A stretch of DNA of 64,000 nucleotides from Trypanosoma brucei (Eukaryota), in contig CM000207.1 in assembly GCA_000002445.1 (NCBI GenBank), positions 352,001 to 416,000 on the forward strand. The letters run 5' to 3'. Positions 61,927 through 64,000 of this stretch are shown here, in pieces (within the stretch, counting starts at the first letter, position 1; every line of letters begins with the position of its first letter). Under the pieces are notes generated by a model. It was given only the letters and a program-made list of their open reading frames with translations, was not told where the DNA came from and ran no database searches. A program made the translations under genes and the position numbers.

Positions 61927-63810
61927 TTATGATATTCCTTCACCAAGAACAGTGAGCTGGCGCAGTGCTTCATTCCCCGTCATCATTGCGGTACAGCCAT
62001 AACTAACCGCCTTTCGTGGATGTGCGGCTTCCCACTGCTTGAGATCGTCGTACTCGGCCACGCAACCACCGCCAATGGTGAAAACAATAGCCTGTGAAAA
62101 ATGTGCTTCATTGAGGTCAACTTGTTTCCTGCTGCGTGGATCGTACCCTACTACTGTTGCTAAAAGTTCCGCCCGCAAATTGCTACTGCCTGCTGCGCGG
62201 GAACCACCAACGCCCACACCGGATGAGGTTGAGGAATCCTGCAAAAGAGAGTCCACAAGTTTCGTTAGTGGCAACTGGGACTTTGAGTTCGCGCCAAGTG
62301 AATTAACAATATTCTTAGCCAGTGTTTGCGCCAAACCCCACGCAAAACCATGGGCACCGTCTGCTTCACCACCAGTGGGATTGGCGGTTCCAAGTGACCA
62401 CTGACGTAAATGTTTGAGGTATGAAAGTGCCGAAAACGGCATGCCCTCGAAAGCTGGGGCACACTGTTCCAGAACTGTTTCGTGCTCTCCTTGCGTGCCA
62501 AGAAGGTACGCAATCAGATAAAGTCGCTGACGATCCTCAGCGGTCCCACAACCAGTTAGCAATAGGTTTTCAAACTGCTCGTGGTCGAGCCCCTCCTGTT
62601 GAATAATGCCCAGTTCTACCCCATGGAAGCGATCAAGGTGGGTTTGACGAATGCGATGAAGAAGACTGTACGCCATTTTTGTGTGTGCATCCAACATTCG
62701 CTTCTTCTCCCCAAGTTTTGGAGCATTGGCAAGCAGTTTCGACATGGAGTCCGTGCCCACATCACCATCCACATCACATGTGCTTTCCGAAAGGTTAGCA
62801 TGCTCTTCGCGGTACCGTTTCAGCGCCGCCTCAATATTACCACCCACTGCGCTAAAGTCAAGAAGAGCGTTATTGCGGTAGAAATCATCTCGATCGGGGT
62901 TTATTTCGAAAAACGTCTCAACTCCGTCATCCCCCAGCACAGTGACTTTATTTAGGTGCATGTCTCCCAGTTCCGCGAGTAGTCCCCGATACGAGAATGG
63001 GTGATGGAGAACCGTAGCAAGGTCACTGGAGCGGTCGACAATAAGAAGTAGTGGACGTCCAAGCACATTGGCAGATGCAGGTGTTAGGGTTCGCTCGTTC
63101 AGAGAGTCATTAAGAGACACAGACAAACGCCGAGCGACCTCCTCCGCCGGCCCCGTCCTGCTGTGTGCAATAACTGGAAGCACTTGCTGGGACAAGAGGA
63201 CATGCAAGATGCCCATAACTATTTCATTTAAGTGAGCTTCCACATCTTCATCCTTGGCGTGGCGGCTGTTTAGTATAACGAAGGAATCCTTCTGCATCAA
63301 GGTAAACAGGTCATCCTCCAGTGCCACGTAGTTCAGCGTGCGATCGAAAACTCTAATATGTTCAATGTTCTGGAGTTGACCACGAGTTAGCCTCTCAGCC
63401 AGATGCTCCATGCTTCTTCGAGAAATCTGCGAAGTGAAATTTATGTACACCCACTCATAAAATTCCTTCACCGCATCACTAGCCATTATGTTTATGTTTT
63501 CGTCAGTCGGTGCACAGAAGTAGATGGCCGGAGCACCAGGCACTGGATCCCGTTTAGATTTGATGTGCATATACAACGTAATGCCAAGTTCCCGAAGGTC
63601 CCCAACCCTCAGCAGCGGGGCAATAATGTCGCGTCCGATGTCATCGTAAATGAGGAGACGCCATGGGGCAACCGCCGCTGGCCCGTAAGTTGCAGTCATC
63701 GGTTGAGGCGCTGGAACACCGCCCTGCCCAAGCGGTAGAGCAGATGAAATCATTGCTTGTATGACATCTCTCTGTCGCTGACGCAGTGAAATCTTCCGCT
63801 GCGGTGGCAT
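61927..63810 (-). CDS. SLY1: Sec1/Munc18-family protein SLY1 (SCFD1 homolog, ER-Golgi SNARE regulator)
   Basis: Collinear with human SCFD1/yeast Sly1: WRLLIYDDIGRDIIAPLLRVGDLRELGITLYMHIKSKRDPVPGAPAIYFCAPTDENI versus WKVLIYDRFGQDIISPLLSVKELRDMGITLHLLLHSDRDPIPDVPAVYFVMPTEENI, then YINFTSQISRRSMEHLA and LNYVALEDDLFTL. The ORF-track start at 63823-63825 is TTG; the first ATG is at 63808-63810 (MPPQRKISL...). Confidence 0.9.
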   Translation of the reverse strand: MPPQRKISLRQRQRDVIQAMISSALPLGQGGVPAPQPMTATYGPAAVAPWRLLIYDDIGRDIIAPLLRVGDLRELGITLYMHIKSKRDPVPGAPAIYFCAPTDENINIMASDAVKEFYEWVYINFTSQISRRSMEHLAERLTRGQLQNIEHIRVFDRTLNYVALEDDLFTLMQKDSFVILNSRHAKDEDVEAHLNEIVMGILHVLLSQQVLPVIAHSRTGPAEEVARRLSVSLNDSLNERTLTPASANVLGRPLLLIVDRSSDLATVLHHPFSYRGLLAELGDMHLNKVTVLGDDGVETFFEINPDRDDFYRNNALLDFSAVGGNIEAALKRYREEHANLSESTCDVDGDVGTDSMSKLLANAPKLGEKKRMLDAHTKMAYSLLHRIRQTHLDRFHGVELGIIQQEGLDHEQFENLLLTGCGTAEDRQRLYLIAYLLGTQGEHETVLEQCAPAFEGMPFSALSYLKHLRQWSLGTANPTGGEADGAHGFAWGLAQTLAKNIVNSLGANSKSQLPLTKLVDSLLQDSSTSSGVGVGGSRAAGSSNLRAELLATVVGYDPRSRKQVDLNEAHFSQAIVFTIGGGCVAEYDDLKQWEAAHPRKAVSYGCTAMMTGNEALRQLTVLGEGIS

Positions 63811-64000
63811 CTTTATGCAAAACAAGAATCAAGCTAACGAGGTGGAAAAAGAAAAAAAGAGAAATTACCATATCTTCCCGGAAATAAGTACGGCGCTCAT
63901 GCCTGCAGCCTACACTCAGACTATGGCAGTGGGCAACGAGGTCCTAAGTGGTTGGGACTACGGAAAAGTCGCAGAACATGTGCAACGGTAGCAAAGTGAA

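Noticed and set aside
1-64000. Prokaryotic-style features (Shine-Dalgarno sites, sigma70 promoters, rho-independent terminators, CRISPR arrays, insertion sequences)
   Set aside because: Gene structure, low-complexity spacers with polypyrimidine tracts, and eukaryote-specific protein families (Aurora, HECT, MCM10, SLY1, PXMP4) show this is eukaryotic nuclear DNA. No direct-repeat/spacer arrays or transposase ORFs were seen.

Overview
The window looks like trypanosomatid nuclear DNA of moderate GC, most like an African Trypanosoma (brucei clade). Long uninterrupted ORFs lie head to tail with no introns, separated by low-complexity intergenic spacers. Those spacers carry (TA)n and (CA)n microsatellites, poly(A/T) runs, and polypyrimidine tracts followed by AG just upstream of the first ATG, which fits trans-splicing. 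All 19 supported protein-coding genes are on the minus strand, so this is one directional polycistronic unit with no strand switch. About 75% of the window is coding. I found no tRNA, rRNA, CRISPR, or prokaryotic-style features. Confident homology calls (from remembered family sequences and motifs, not from a search): a PPP-family Ser/Thr phosphatase, a J-domain zinc-finger protein, a FYVE-like kinase, a twin-CHCH protein, PI synthase, an Aurora-family kinase, a BRCC36-type JAMM deubiquitinase, a MATH-BTB-BTB protein, PXMP4/PMP24, MCM10, a giant HECT E3 ligase with SPRY and RanBP2 zinc fingers, and the Sec1/Munc18 protein SLY1. The most unusual objects are a 4479-aa protein built from about 30 or more diverged FN3-like repeats, each with a WGxWS signature, and a near-perfect in-frame 1209-bp tandem duplication inside a 1605-aa coiled-coil gene. 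Several ORF-track entries start at TTG or GTG; for these I moved the start to the first in-frame ATG.
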